Below are positions 47,266 through 56,126 of a stretch of 64,000 nucleotides of DNA, piece after piece. The DNA lies in NCBI GenBank assembly GCA_963848365.1, contig CAWKDI010000015.1, positions 29,037 to 93,036 of the forward strand, given 5' to 3'. The notes below the pieces were generated by a model. The model was not told where the DNA came from. It searched no databases and was given only the letters and a program-made list of their open reading frames with translations. The translations under genes were made by a program, and so were the position numbers. The DNA is from an uncultured Acidobacteriota bacterium. Its GTDB lineage: Bacteria; Acidobacteriota; Terriglobia; Acidiferrales; UBA7541. Position 1 is the stretch's first letter; each line of letters starts with the position of its first letter.

Positions 47266-48244
47266 ATGGCCGAAGTCACCATGCTCGAGGCGATCCGCCA
47301 GGCGCTCTTCGAAGAGATGGAGCGCGATCCCGCCGTCGTCACGCTCGGCGAAGATATCGGCGTCTACGGCGGCGCGTTTAAGGCGACCGAAGGGCTGCTT
47401 GCCAGATTCGGCCCCGAGCGCGTGATCGATACGCCCATCAGCGAAACGGCCATCGTGGGCGCCGCCTGCGGCATGAGCTATCTTGGCCTGCGCCCCGTCG
47501 CCGAAATGCAGTTCATCGATTTCATCGCCTGCTGCTTCAATCAGGTCACCAACTATCGTCGCCAAGTCGCACTATCTTTGGGGCGCGCCGGCGCCCATGG
47601 TGATCCGCGGCCCTTCCGGCGGCGGCGTTCACGGCGGCCCGTTTCATTCGGCGAACCCGGAAATGTATTTCGTGCATACGCCGGGACTGAAGGTGGTTTA
47701 TCCTTCCACGGCCTACGATGCGAAAGGCTTGCTGAAGTCCGCCATTCGCGATAACAATCCCGTGCTCTTTTTCGAGCACAAGTTTCTCTACCGGCGGATC
47801 AAGGAAGAGATATCCCTGAAGGCGATTACACCGTCCCGATCGGCAAAGCGGTGGTTCGCCGCGAAGGGACGCGATCTGACCATCGTGAGCTATGCCGCCA
47901 TGGTGCACACTTCGCTCGAAGCGGCCGAGAAGCTGGCCCAGGAAGGAATCGACGCCGAGGTGATCGACCTGCGCACGCTGCTCCCCCTCGACCGCGAGAC
48001 GATTCTAGATTCGGTGAAGAACACCAACCGGCTGCTCGTAGTGCACGAAGACACGCGAACCGGCGGCATCGCCGGGGAAATCGCCGCCATCGTGTGCGAG
48101 AGCGCTTTCGCCGATCTCGACGCGCCCGTGTTTCGCGTGACGGGCCTCGACACGCCGGTGCCTTACTCTCCTCCCCTGGAAGAGTGGTTTCTCCCCAACG
48201 CCGAAAAAGTTGCCGCTGCGGCGCGGGAATTGGCAAAATACTAA
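47266..48244 (+). pseudogene. 2-oxoacid dehydrogenase E1 beta subunit, 3 frameshifts as sequenced
   Basis: MAEVTMLEAIRQALFEEMERDP..FNQVTNY | VAKSHYLWGAPAPMVIRGPSGGG..YRRIKEEI | PEGDYTVPIGKAVVRREG | RDLTIVSYAAMV... Junctions at about 47557, about 47811 and about 47867. Confidence 0.85.
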
Positions 48245-48255
48245 CGCGGACGAAA

Positions 48256-48522
48256 GTGAGCGAGCGCACAGTGGGAAAAACGAAAGGTCTCAACAACGTG
48301 GAGTTTGAGGTCGGATCCGAGGTGCGCATCGCCGATCGCGCCTTTCTCGAAAGCTTCCTCGAAGCCGGGCAATATCACAACGAGCTCGAGCCCGAGCAAC
48401 TCGACTACGCGGGCCGCGTGGCCAAGGTGAAAGAGGTCACCTTCTTTCACGGCGGCGACGAGATTTACGCGCTCGAGGGCATTCCCGGCGTGTGGCACGA
48501 GGAATGTCTCAGCGCCGTCTAA
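48256..48522 (+). CDS. Small hypothetical protein between E1 beta and E2
   Basis: GTG 48256 (or GTG 48271/48298), ..VEFEVGSEVRIADRAFLESFLEAGQYHNELEPEQLDYAGRVAKVKEVTFFHGGDEIYALEGIPGVWHEECLSAV. No motif recognised. Confidence 0.35.
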   Translation: MSERTVGKTKGLNNVEFEVGSEVRIADRAFLESFLEAGQYHNELEPEQLDYAGRVAKVKEVTFFHGGDEIYALEGIPGVWHEECLSAV

Positions 48523-48545
48523 GCTTCGAACCCCAGGAGAACACC

Positions 48546-49887
48546 ATGGCTGTCGACGTCATCATGCCCCAGATGGGCGAAAGCATTTTTGAAGGCACCA
48601 TCACCAAGTGGCTGAAGAAGCCGGGCGACAAGATCGACCGCGACGAGCCTCTCTTTGAAATCTCCACCGACAAAGTGGATGCGGAAATTCCCTCGCCTTC
48701 CGCCGGCGTGCTGAAGGAGATCAAGGTCACCGAAGGCCAGACGGTGCCCATCCAGACCATCGTGGCTGTGATCGACGCCGATGGCGCGTCCGCTGCGCCG
48801 GCGCCCCCTTCTGCCCCGGCAAAAAGCGAAGCGCCCAAAGCGCCCGCCCCGCAGCAGGATGCCGCCAAGCCTGCAGTCGCGGCCCCACCTTCTGCTCCGA
48901 TGCCCGCTGCGGCCCCGCCTGCTCAGAAGCTGCCGGCTCCAAGGTCCGCAGTTCGCCGCTCGTTCGCCGCCTCGCCCGCGAGAACAATGTCGATCTATCG
49001 CAGGTTCCCGGCACGGGTGCGGGAGGCCGGGTGAGCAAGCGTGACATTCTGGCGGCTGTCGAAGGCGGCGTGTCTTCCGCCTCCGAGCGGGGCTCCCGCG
49101 CGTCCTGCCGCGCCACCGGCGCCCTCTGCATCCGGAGCCTCCGCGGCTTCCGCCGTGCTCGAAACAGCCGTGCCGCGCGAGAAGATGTATTTCGGCCATT
49201 ACGAAGTGCAGCCCATGTCCGTCATGCGGCAGCGCATCGCCGAGCACATGGTGCTCTCGAAGCGGGTTTCTCCGCACGTTTATTCCGTCGAAGAGGTCGA
49301 CGTCAGCGGAATCGCCGCGCTGCGCTCCAAAATGAAAGACAAGTTCGAGGCAGCAATCCGGCACCAAGCTCACTTTCATGCCCTTCTTCATCCGCGCCGC
49401 TGTCGAGGCCTTGCGCGCCTATCCGACCGTGAACGCCTCCGCTGACGGCACCAATGTCGTCCTGCACAAGGAATGCAATATCGGCGTTGCCGTGGCACTG
49501 GATTGGGGCCTGATCGTCCCGGTGATCAAGGAAGCCGAGGAGAAGAACTTCCTGGGATTGGCGCGCGCATTGAACGATCTCGCCGTCCGCGCCCGCACGA
49601 AAAAGCTCAAGCCGGAGGAAGTGACCGAGAGCACGTTTTCGATCACCAACCCCGGCGTTTTCGGCGGGCTCTTCGGTCTTCCCGTGATCAACCAGCCCAA
49701 CGTTGCCATCCTGGGCCTCGGCGCAATCGAGAAGCGCCCGGTGGTGATCGACGATGCGATCGCCATCCGCTCCATGGTCTACCTCACGCTCTCTTATGAC
49801 CACCGCGTGGTGGACGGCGCCGTAGCTCACCAGTTTATGGGGCATATCAAGCACACGCTCGAGAATTGGACCGAGAGCATTCTCTAG
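48546..49887 (+). pseudogene. Dihydrolipoamide acyltransferase (E2), 3 frameshifts as sequenced
   Basis: Lipoyl domain ([14 protein letters not shown]), then a subunit-binding domain in another frame ([34 protein letters not shown]). The catalytic domain is split again (..KDKFEAA | [24 protein letters not shown]). Junctions at about 48880-48940, about 49065-49085 and about 49358. Confidence 0.85.
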
Positions 49888-49923
49888 CAGCGCCGCTTTG
49901 CGCCGCCGATAGCATTTCGAATG

Positions 49924-49952
49924 GGTGAAGCCGGATTGGAGCCGGCTTCACC
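49924..49952 (+). terminator. GC-rich hairpin after E2
   Basis: GGTGAAGCCGG / CCGGCTTCACC 11-bp stem with a 7-nt loop, 37 nt after the stop. No U tract. Confidence 0.35.
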
Positions 49953-49988
49953 GACGCCCGAAGTGGTTCCTCTTCCGGGGTTCCCGCG

Positions 49989-51167
49989 ATGTCCGCTGAC
50001 AAGCATTCGTCCGATCCTTGGGGTTTGCCTCCCTGGGAGATTTCGTTTTCTCCACCCGCACGCGCGCTTCCCGGCGAAGCGGACATCGTCATCGTCGGGG
50101 GCGGATTTACAGGCCTGGCCGCCGCCGCGTGGCTGCGTCTGCTCGATCCTGGCAAATCGGTCGTGGTGCTGGAGGCCCGCTCTATCGGCTCAGGTGCCAG
50201 CGGACGCACCGGAGGCATGGTCCTGGCGGAGACTGCCGCAGGCGATTTCCCTGGTCTTGGAGACGTCCTAGGGGCCGTAAAAGATATCTTTGCGAAACTG
50301 GGCGTGCAATGCGATCTCACGCTTCCTGGCGCCTGGGAGGTCGGCCGCAGGGGCGGTCTTTCCGATTCCCGAATCGACTGGAATGATTCCGGCGCCCTCC
50401 GCGTCGTTCGGGAGGTTCCTGGCGGAACGCTTGATCCCGGGAAGCTGGTTGGTGGGTTAGCCCGCGCGGCGGACCGCCTGGGCGCCTTGGTCCTGGAAAA
50501 GCGCCACGTGTCGCGAGTGTACTGGAACAGCCGCGTGGAATTCGAGGTTGCGGAACTGGACACGGATATGGACACGGCCCCCCGTGATACGCTCTCCGGC
50601 CCCCAGCGCATCGCTGCGGCAAAAGTCCTCTTCGCGACAAATGCCTTTTCCCTGACGTTATCCGGCTTGGATCGAAACACACATCCTAAGCTGACGCTTG
50701 CCGCTTTGTCGGCGCCGCTTGCCGCACGCGAGCTCGAGACCCTGGGTCTGTCCGCTAGAAAGCCTTTTTACACCGTCGATTTGCCTTACTTGTGGGGCCG
50801 CACTTGCGCGGAAGGTTCCATCGTCTGGGGTGCCGGTTTGGTGGATGCCCCGCCGTCAGGCTATCTGGAGGACGTGAATATCGACTCGGGCGAGCCGGCG
50901 CGCATGTTCGACAAGTTAGAAAAGCGTATACGCGGTCTCCACCCAGCGCTGCGGTCCGCGAGGTTCACTCACCGCTGGGGCGGCCCCATTCTATTCCGCG
51001 ACGACTGGCGCCCCGTTTTCGATTATCACCCGCAGAGCCCCAACGCCATTGTGATCGGCGCGTTCGCCGGCCACGGAGTGGCTCTTTCGACTTATTTTGG
51101 CGCTTGGGCCGCGGAAGCCCTTCTCGGCCGCCGCGATCTTCCCCAGTGGAGTCGCCTGTCCATCTGA
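49989..51167 (+). CDS. FAD-dependent oxidoreductase (DAO family)
   Basis: ADIVIVGGGFTGLAAAAWL dinucleotide-binding motif. Confidence 0.8.
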   Translation: MSADKHSSDPWGLPPWEISFSPPARALPGEADIVIVGGGFTGLAAAAWLRLLDPGKSVVVLEARSIGSGASGRTGGMVLAETAAGDFPGLGDVLGAVKDIFAKLGVQCDLTLPGAWEVGRRGGLSDSRIDWNDSGALRVVREVPGGTLDPGKLVGGLARAADRLGALVLEKRHVSRVYWNSRVEFEVAELDTDMDTAPRDTLSGPQRIAAAKVLFATNAFSLTLSGLDRNTHPKLTLAALSAPLAARELETLGLSARKPFYTVDLPYLWGRTCAEGSIVWGAGLVDAPPSGYLEDVNIDSGEPARMFDKLEKRIRGLHPALRSARFTHRWGGPILFRDDWRPVFDYHPQSPNAIVIGAFAGHGVALSTYFGAWAAEALLGRRDLPQWSRLSI

Positions 51168-51319
51168 TTCCAGAGTCTTGTACCTGATATCGCTGGTCCT
51201 GCGGCCGTCGATGTGACCGTTGATGTAGCCGTTGACGTGGCGGTTGCTGTGGCCCCTGACGCGGTCTTGATTGACGTCGCCATGGGTTCCCGATGAGCCG
51301 ACGACGACGGTCCGCAACA

Positions 51320-52136
51320 CTACTGGAGTCTCAGCCGAAGCTCCTCGGCGAACCTGTCAATGCGGGAAAGCGGAACAATACGGATGCCCTCATCGGCAAA
51401 CAGCCGCAGCACAAACTGGTGACGTCGGCTGTCACCCGGCTCGGCTTCGGTGATCGCCGTAAACTCGCATCCCGGAACTTGCTCCCGGACTCGCTTGGCT
51501 GTGTAGGCCAGAACCTTCGGCTGAGCGGGGTCACGGCCCAATGCCACCGCTTGCAGATACCCGCGCGCGCCGTTCTGATATCCGTAGTCGAGGAACAAAG
51601 GATCGCCAGGTTCGGTAAATTGCTCGGCGGGAATATTCCGCTGAAGCTTGGGTACTCGCCGGAGCTTGAAAGCATCATTCGACGCGCCGCTTGATGCCTG
51701 CGCGCGTGCTTTCGGCAAACCCTGTGCGTTTGCGCGCCGGTGGAGCAACGTGGTCGTCAAACAGACGATCGAGTTCGGCATCAAAGTCGTCGGCAAACAC
51801 GGCTCGTTGAGGGCTGAATTGCAGGGCGTTCGAAAGGGTCTGATCGAGCCTTTCCAGATAAGCGGAGGCAGCCTGGGAGGTTGCCCTTATCCGCGAATCG
51901 AATTCCTGTGGCAGAGCCCGCAGCAACTTCTCGTCCGTATTTGGATGCAGCCTCTTCACTCGCGCGAATTCAGACGGTTCTTCAATCATCTTGATGGCTC
52001 GCTTCGATATTTCCCCAGGCGCGTGCTGTGCTGCCTGTTCGAGAAGGATCCCGATATTGACCCACTCGTCGCGCACCACATTCGGCGTATAGCGCAGCAC
52101 TTTGTAAACATAGGTGTTCTTCGGTTCTTCCGGCAT
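51320..52136 (-). pseudogene. DUF3037-type protein, one frameshift as sequenced
   Basis: N-terminus YVYKVLRYTPNVVRDEWVNIGILL (the pattern I associate with DUF3037). The C-terminal part continues in another frame (..NDAFKLRRVPKLQRNIPAEQFTEPGDPLFLDYGY..). The junction is near 51678-51684. Confidence 0.6.
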
Positions 52137-52139
52137 GGT

Positions 52140-52934
52140 TCACTTCCAGTTGGGAAAGGGTTGTGCCGACGATTTCCACGCGGAAACGATGAGATCCCGC
52201 ACCAGAGACCGCCTCCGCAAGAGCTGCTCGAGCAACCGTTCCAGGGCGTCCTGGTCCCCGCCGTACCAATCCGGCGGAATTTCGCTGGCCGCTTCCTCCA
52301 GGGCAGAAGCGTCCAGCTTCTCGATGCGCGAAGTCCACGGCTCAAACGACTCCAGGCCGCATACGCCGCCGTACACCCGATGCCGCGCGTAGAGCCCCCG
52401 GAGCGGCGCATCCGGAAAACTCCACTCGCCCGCGTTGAAACAGAACCCGTGATCGATCATCTGGGTCTGGTAGCGCATCTCGCTTCCACTGCGGAAGAAG
52501 ATAGCCTGCCGCCCGTTCGTGTTGCAACTCCACTTGTCGAACGCGAGAATGCCCCGGAATGCATCCAGGTTGAGCACCTCACACAACTGTTCCTCCGGCA
52601 GAAAATCATAAACCACGGTATCTGCCGGCGATCCCGGATAACGTGATCCGAATTGAAACCCCGCGGTGCAAGGTGCCCGCCCGCGCCCCAGTTGGATTAC
52701 CAGATCTTCGGTGAGCTGAATCAGGCCTTCGCGGACTTCCACCACTGCCGCCTTCGCCGTAGGCAGTCCGATTCTCCCCGCCAATCGAGTAGCGAGCAAT
52801 TCGTTCGCCAGAATCCTCACCCCTTGTGGGTTATTCTGGAACTTCACCACGTAGTATTCTTCGCTGGAGCAGCGCATCAGATGCGCTTGCGCCCCGCCCC
52901 GCATTCTCTTGACCTGTTCGAGCGCCAGAGGCAT
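52140..52934 (-). CDS. HipA-like / PI3-4-kinase-like small kinase
   Basis: KRMRGGAQAHLM..YYVVKF..NELLATRLAGRIGLP..AFDKWSCNTNGRQAIF..MIDHGFCF (kinase-like catalytic and DxG-like motifs). Ends 3 nt before the DUF3037 start. Confidence 0.6.
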   Translation of the reverse strand: MPLALEQVKRMRGGAQAHLMRCSSEEYYVVKFQNNPQGVRILANELLATRLAGRIGLPTAKAAVVEVREGLIQLTEDLVIQLGRGRAPCTAGFQFGSRYPGSPADTVVYDFLPEEQLCEVLNLDAFRGILAFDKWSCNTNGRQAIFFRSGSEMRYQTQMIDHGFCFNAGEWSFPDAPLRGLYARHRVYGGVCGLESFEPWTSRIEKLDASALEEAASEIPPDWYGGDQDALERLLEQLLRRRSLVRDLIVSAWKSSAQPFPNWK

Positions 52935-53189
52935 CGCGCGGGTATGCTAGCAGCGAACTACCCGTCGCAAAAATCCATTTCTTCTGAATCGGAAATCCGG
53001 CACAAGCGCAACGCAAAACCTGCGCGGCGTTCCACTCCTCGCGAACTGCCCGAAGAATCCAACCGCGGAGGGACATCAAGAAACTGCCGAAAGAAACCTA
53101 CCTGGCAAACGGCACTCGCAAAAAGCTATCGACCAGAAAGTGTGCCGTCCTGGCCGGCCACACGCGAGCTTTGCGAAGCGAACCTCGCA

Positions 53190-53246
53190 AAAGCGGAAAA
53201 AGAAATCGCGGGATCAGGCTCCTCCAGGAACTCGCCCGATCCCGCG
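53190..53246 (-). terminator. Rho-independent terminator of the H1-like gene
   Basis: CGCGGGATC / GATCCCGCG 9-bp stem (53207-53215 / 53238-53246). On the minus strand it is followed by ATTTCTTTTTCCGCTTTT. Confidence 0.65.
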
Positions 53247-53282
53247 TCAAACTCCGGCCACCACCGGCCCCTCAAAGAACGC

Positions 53283-53606
53283 TTAGCGTTTCTTCTTGGC
53301 GCTCTTTTTTGCCGGGGCTTTCTTGGCCTTGGTCTTGGCCTTGGCTTTCATCTTCGGCTTCGGTTTGGGTTTGCTCTTCGCTTTTGCTTTCGGCGGAGCC
53401 TTCTTCGCCTTGGCAGGTTTCCGCGCCGGCGCGAGCTTGCGGGATGCGGGCGCGGCTGGGGCAGCCTCCTCCTCGTCTTCCGGCTCCTCCTCGATCACGA
53501 TCTCCTCAACTTCGATTGTCTCGCCGGGCTGCTCCTGTCCCTCTTCCTCTTCTTCGTAGCTGGGCAGTTCGTCGTCTTCCTCGTCACTCATCTTCGCGTA
53601 AAACAT
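53283..53606 (-). CDS. Bipartite acidic / Lys-Ala-Pro-rich (histone H1-like tail) protein
   Basis: ATG 53606 sits 4 nt after GGAGGA. MFYAKMSDEEDDELPSYEEEEEGQEQPGETIEVEEIVIEEEPEDEEE, then ..KPAKAKKAPPKAKAKSKPKPKPKMKAKAKTKAKKAPAKKSAKKKR. Confidence 0.6.
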   Translation of the reverse strand: MFYAKMSDEEDDELPSYEEEEEGQEQPGETIEVEEIVIEEEPEDEEEAAPAAPASRKLAPARKPAKAKKAPPKAKAKSKPKPKPKMKAKAKTKAKKAPAKKSAKKKR

Positions 53607-53813
53607 CGTTCCTCCGTGGGTCTCGGGGTTGCCGGACGGCTTGAAACTCCTCCGGCGCTTATAAACGGAGTGTTGGAACTTTGTCAAGGAGCATGACTTA
53701 GAAATGTGTGCCGGTGCGGCGATTCCTGTGAGTAACCGGAGCGAATGCCGGCCGCAATGGGGCGGGCACGGACGTATCGATATGAAAAGGCGATATTTAA
53801 CTGTGGAGTGGAG

Positions 53814-55718
53814 CTAGCGCTGAATTTTCAATAAATCCCCGGCCTCAAGCGAGCGATCCGCAAGAAAAGGGTTGGACTGCTTGAGCGCCGAAACCGTAAC
53901 GCCATACTCGCGCGCGATGGAGTAGAGAGTTTCACCTGCTTTCACTTTGTGTTTCACACCCTCGGGCTTTTCGACGTTGCGCGCGGAAACGGTGCGCTCG
54001 CTGGCATGCGTACGGGACGCCTGCGAATTGCGTGGCGCAGCGGCTGCGGAAATCTCCGCCGACTCGCTGCCGGTGATCACCTTAAGCCGCAAGCCGCGAG
54101 GGGCGCGATTCCCCGCGATGTGGTTCCACCTCTTCAGATCCGTTACGGTCACGTCAAACCGATCCGCAATCCCCTCAAGGGTGTCGCCGCGCTGCACGCG
54201 GTAGTGCACCACGCGCGTCACCACCGGTACCGTCGGCACGTTCAGCAAAAATCCGGATGGCACCGTCGCGTGCGCATCGAGATGATTGGCCACCTGCAGA
54301 GCTGGAACGGTGAGCCGGTACCGCCGTGCAATGTCTGAAAGCGTTTCGCCTTCGCTCACTTCATGCAGGCGCCACGAAGTCCGCTTGTCTTCCGGCACCT
54401 GTTGTATGTTCTGCTGGAAGCGCGCCGTCAAACCTGCGGGAAGTTTCAATTCGAATCCGGGTTGGCTCGGCGTAACCGTGCGCAGCAATTGCGGATTGAG
54501 CAGGCGAAGCCCATCCAGGTCTGCTCCGGTCGCATCAGCGACGAGGTGCAGATCGACGGGATGATCGAGCTTCACAGCCTCTACGACCGCCGGCTTTTCG
54601 GGCTCGATCTGCACGCCGTAGAGAGCGGGGGCTTTGGCCACGAGCGCCATAGCGATGATGATAGGTACGTAGTTCTGCGTTTCCTTGGGAAGCGCATTTC
54701 GCTTCTGCAACTCCCAGAAGTCCGCATAGCCGGTACGTTCGACGGCCCTGGCCACATTCAACGGTCCGGAATTGTAGGCCGCCATCACCAGATACCAGTC
54801 GCCAAACATTCCGTACAGGTCGCGCAGATGACGGGCGGCCGCGCGTGTGGCCTTTTCAGGGTCGCTCCGTTCATCGATCCAGTAGCTGCGCTCCAGATCG
54901 TACTGCTCGCCCCGGTAGGGCATGAACTGCCAGATTCCACGTGCCCCGGCGCGCGAGACGGCCTGCGGCTGGAAAGCGCTCTCCGCTTGCGCCAGGTACA
55001 TCAAATCCTGCGGTACCCCTTCTTCTTTCAAAACCCGGCGGATCATCGCATCGTAGCGTCCGGCGCGGCCCAGACCATGCTCCACAATCGCTCGCCCGCG
55101 CGGGCTCGTGAAAAAGCTCAAGTACTGCAGCACCGAGTCGTTGACGGTCAACGGGAGGTCATGCGGGACCGTGATCAATTCCTTTTCCGCCTTGGCGATC
55201 AACCGTGGATCGCCCGGCGGCAGCGTCAAATCGGCAATCTCATCGATAGGGGCGGGCTGCGCGGGGGGAGCGGCCTCCGCGTCTTCGGTTTCGTCGTCAA
55301 CCCCTTGGGCGGCCGTTGCAGGGTTGGCGCGCATAGCCTCCCCGATCTGGTCGAACAACTTCGAAAGCCGCGGATCAGATTCCGCCTGGAATCCGCTCAG
55401 CAGAATTAGGTTTACGCCCTTGTCCAGCTCGGTGCGGCCCTGGTCCGGGTTGCCCGCCCTGAAGTCCTGCTGGCCGGCATTCAGGCTCGCCTGCACTTGT
55501 GCCACGAGAACGTCAATGGAAGGCCGGGTATCCAGTCGAATTGAAACGGCGGAGAGCTGGCGATCCGGAAGCGGGAGGGACTGTTTCACTTCCGTGGGCG
55601 CTGGCGCCGGCACGGCGGCTGGAGGACGAACCTGCACCTTCGTCGTGCTTCCCTCGCACCCCGCGAGCAGGATCGCACTGCACGTCACAGCGGCCCATTT
55701 CGCTATTCGCGGTTTCAT
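53814..55718 (-). CDS. Membrane-bound lytic murein transglycosylase (MltD-like) with three or more C-terminal LysM domains
   Basis: Lipobox LLAGC; SLT motif AESAFQPQAVSRAGARGIWQFMP; LysM repeats (YRVQRGDTLEGIADRF, HKVKAGETLYSIAREYGV, and others). Confidence 0.85.
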   Translation of the reverse strand: MKPRIAKWAAVTCSAILLAGCEGSTTKVQVRPPAAVPAPAPTEVKQSLPLPDRQLSAVSIRLDTRPSIDVLVAQVQASLNAGQQDFRAGNPDQGRTELDKGVNLILLSGFQAESDPRLSKLFDQIGEAMRANPATAAQGVDDETEDAEAAPPAQPAPIDEIADLTLPPGDPRLIAKAEKELITVPHDLPLTVNDSVLQYLSFFTSPRGRAIVEHGLGRAGRYDAMIRRVLKEEGVPQDLMYLAQAESAFQPQAVSRAGARGIWQFMPYRGEQYDLERSYWIDERSDPEKATRAAARHLRDLYGMFGDWYLVMAAYNSGPLNVARAVERTGYADFWELQKRNALPKETQNYVPIIIAMALVAKAPALYGVQIEPEKPAVVEAVKLDHPVDLHLVADATGADLDGLRLLNPQLLRTVTPSQPGFELKLPAGLTARFQQNIQQVPEDKRTSWRLHEVSEGETLSDIARRYRLTVPALQVANHLDAHATVPSGFLLNVPTVPVVTRVVHYRVQRGDTLEGIADRFDVTVTDLKRWNHIAGNRAPRGLRLKVITGSESAEISAAAAPRNSQASRTHASERTVSARNVEKPEGVKHKVKAGETLYSIAREYGVTVSALKQSNPFLADRSLEAGDLLKIQR

Positions 55719-56126
55719 AGCGCTTTCACCTCGCACTTGCCGATAACCCCTGCCATGCAAGCGACCAGCCGAATCAAGCACGCAAGGGGACCGATGCGAA
55801 CATCGTCGCGCCCGCATGTTGCCACAGCATCCAAAAGAGTAAAGGTATGCCAGCCCTCAGGTCAATGGCCGCAAGGTACTACACGTTGACCTTATCGAGA
55901 CAATGAGACCGTAGCTTGAAACGTATCGAAGCGCCCAGTTGTGTCGTTTCGAAACAGCCTTATATCACCGTTCCCGCTCATATTACTAGTGTTCGGATTG
56001 CCGGCCCAGGCGAGATAGGTGAACGTCATCTCCCAAGAGGGGCAGCCCTTTTGCATGCAGGAAGGGTGGAGCAGCTCAAGGCGAAGGGATTCGCGCAGGC
56101 GAGGCGGAATAACCTAGCCGCCGGGA

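Noticed and set aside
51205-51276. CRISPR-like array
   Set aside because: The units are 12 nt, contiguous without spacers, and degenerate, so this is a simple tandem repeat. No CRISPR repeats or cas genes occur anywhere in the window.
54363-55409. 348-aa plus-strand ORF antisense to the lytic transglycosylase
   Set aside because: Shadow ORF. SLT and LysM motifs are on the minus strand.
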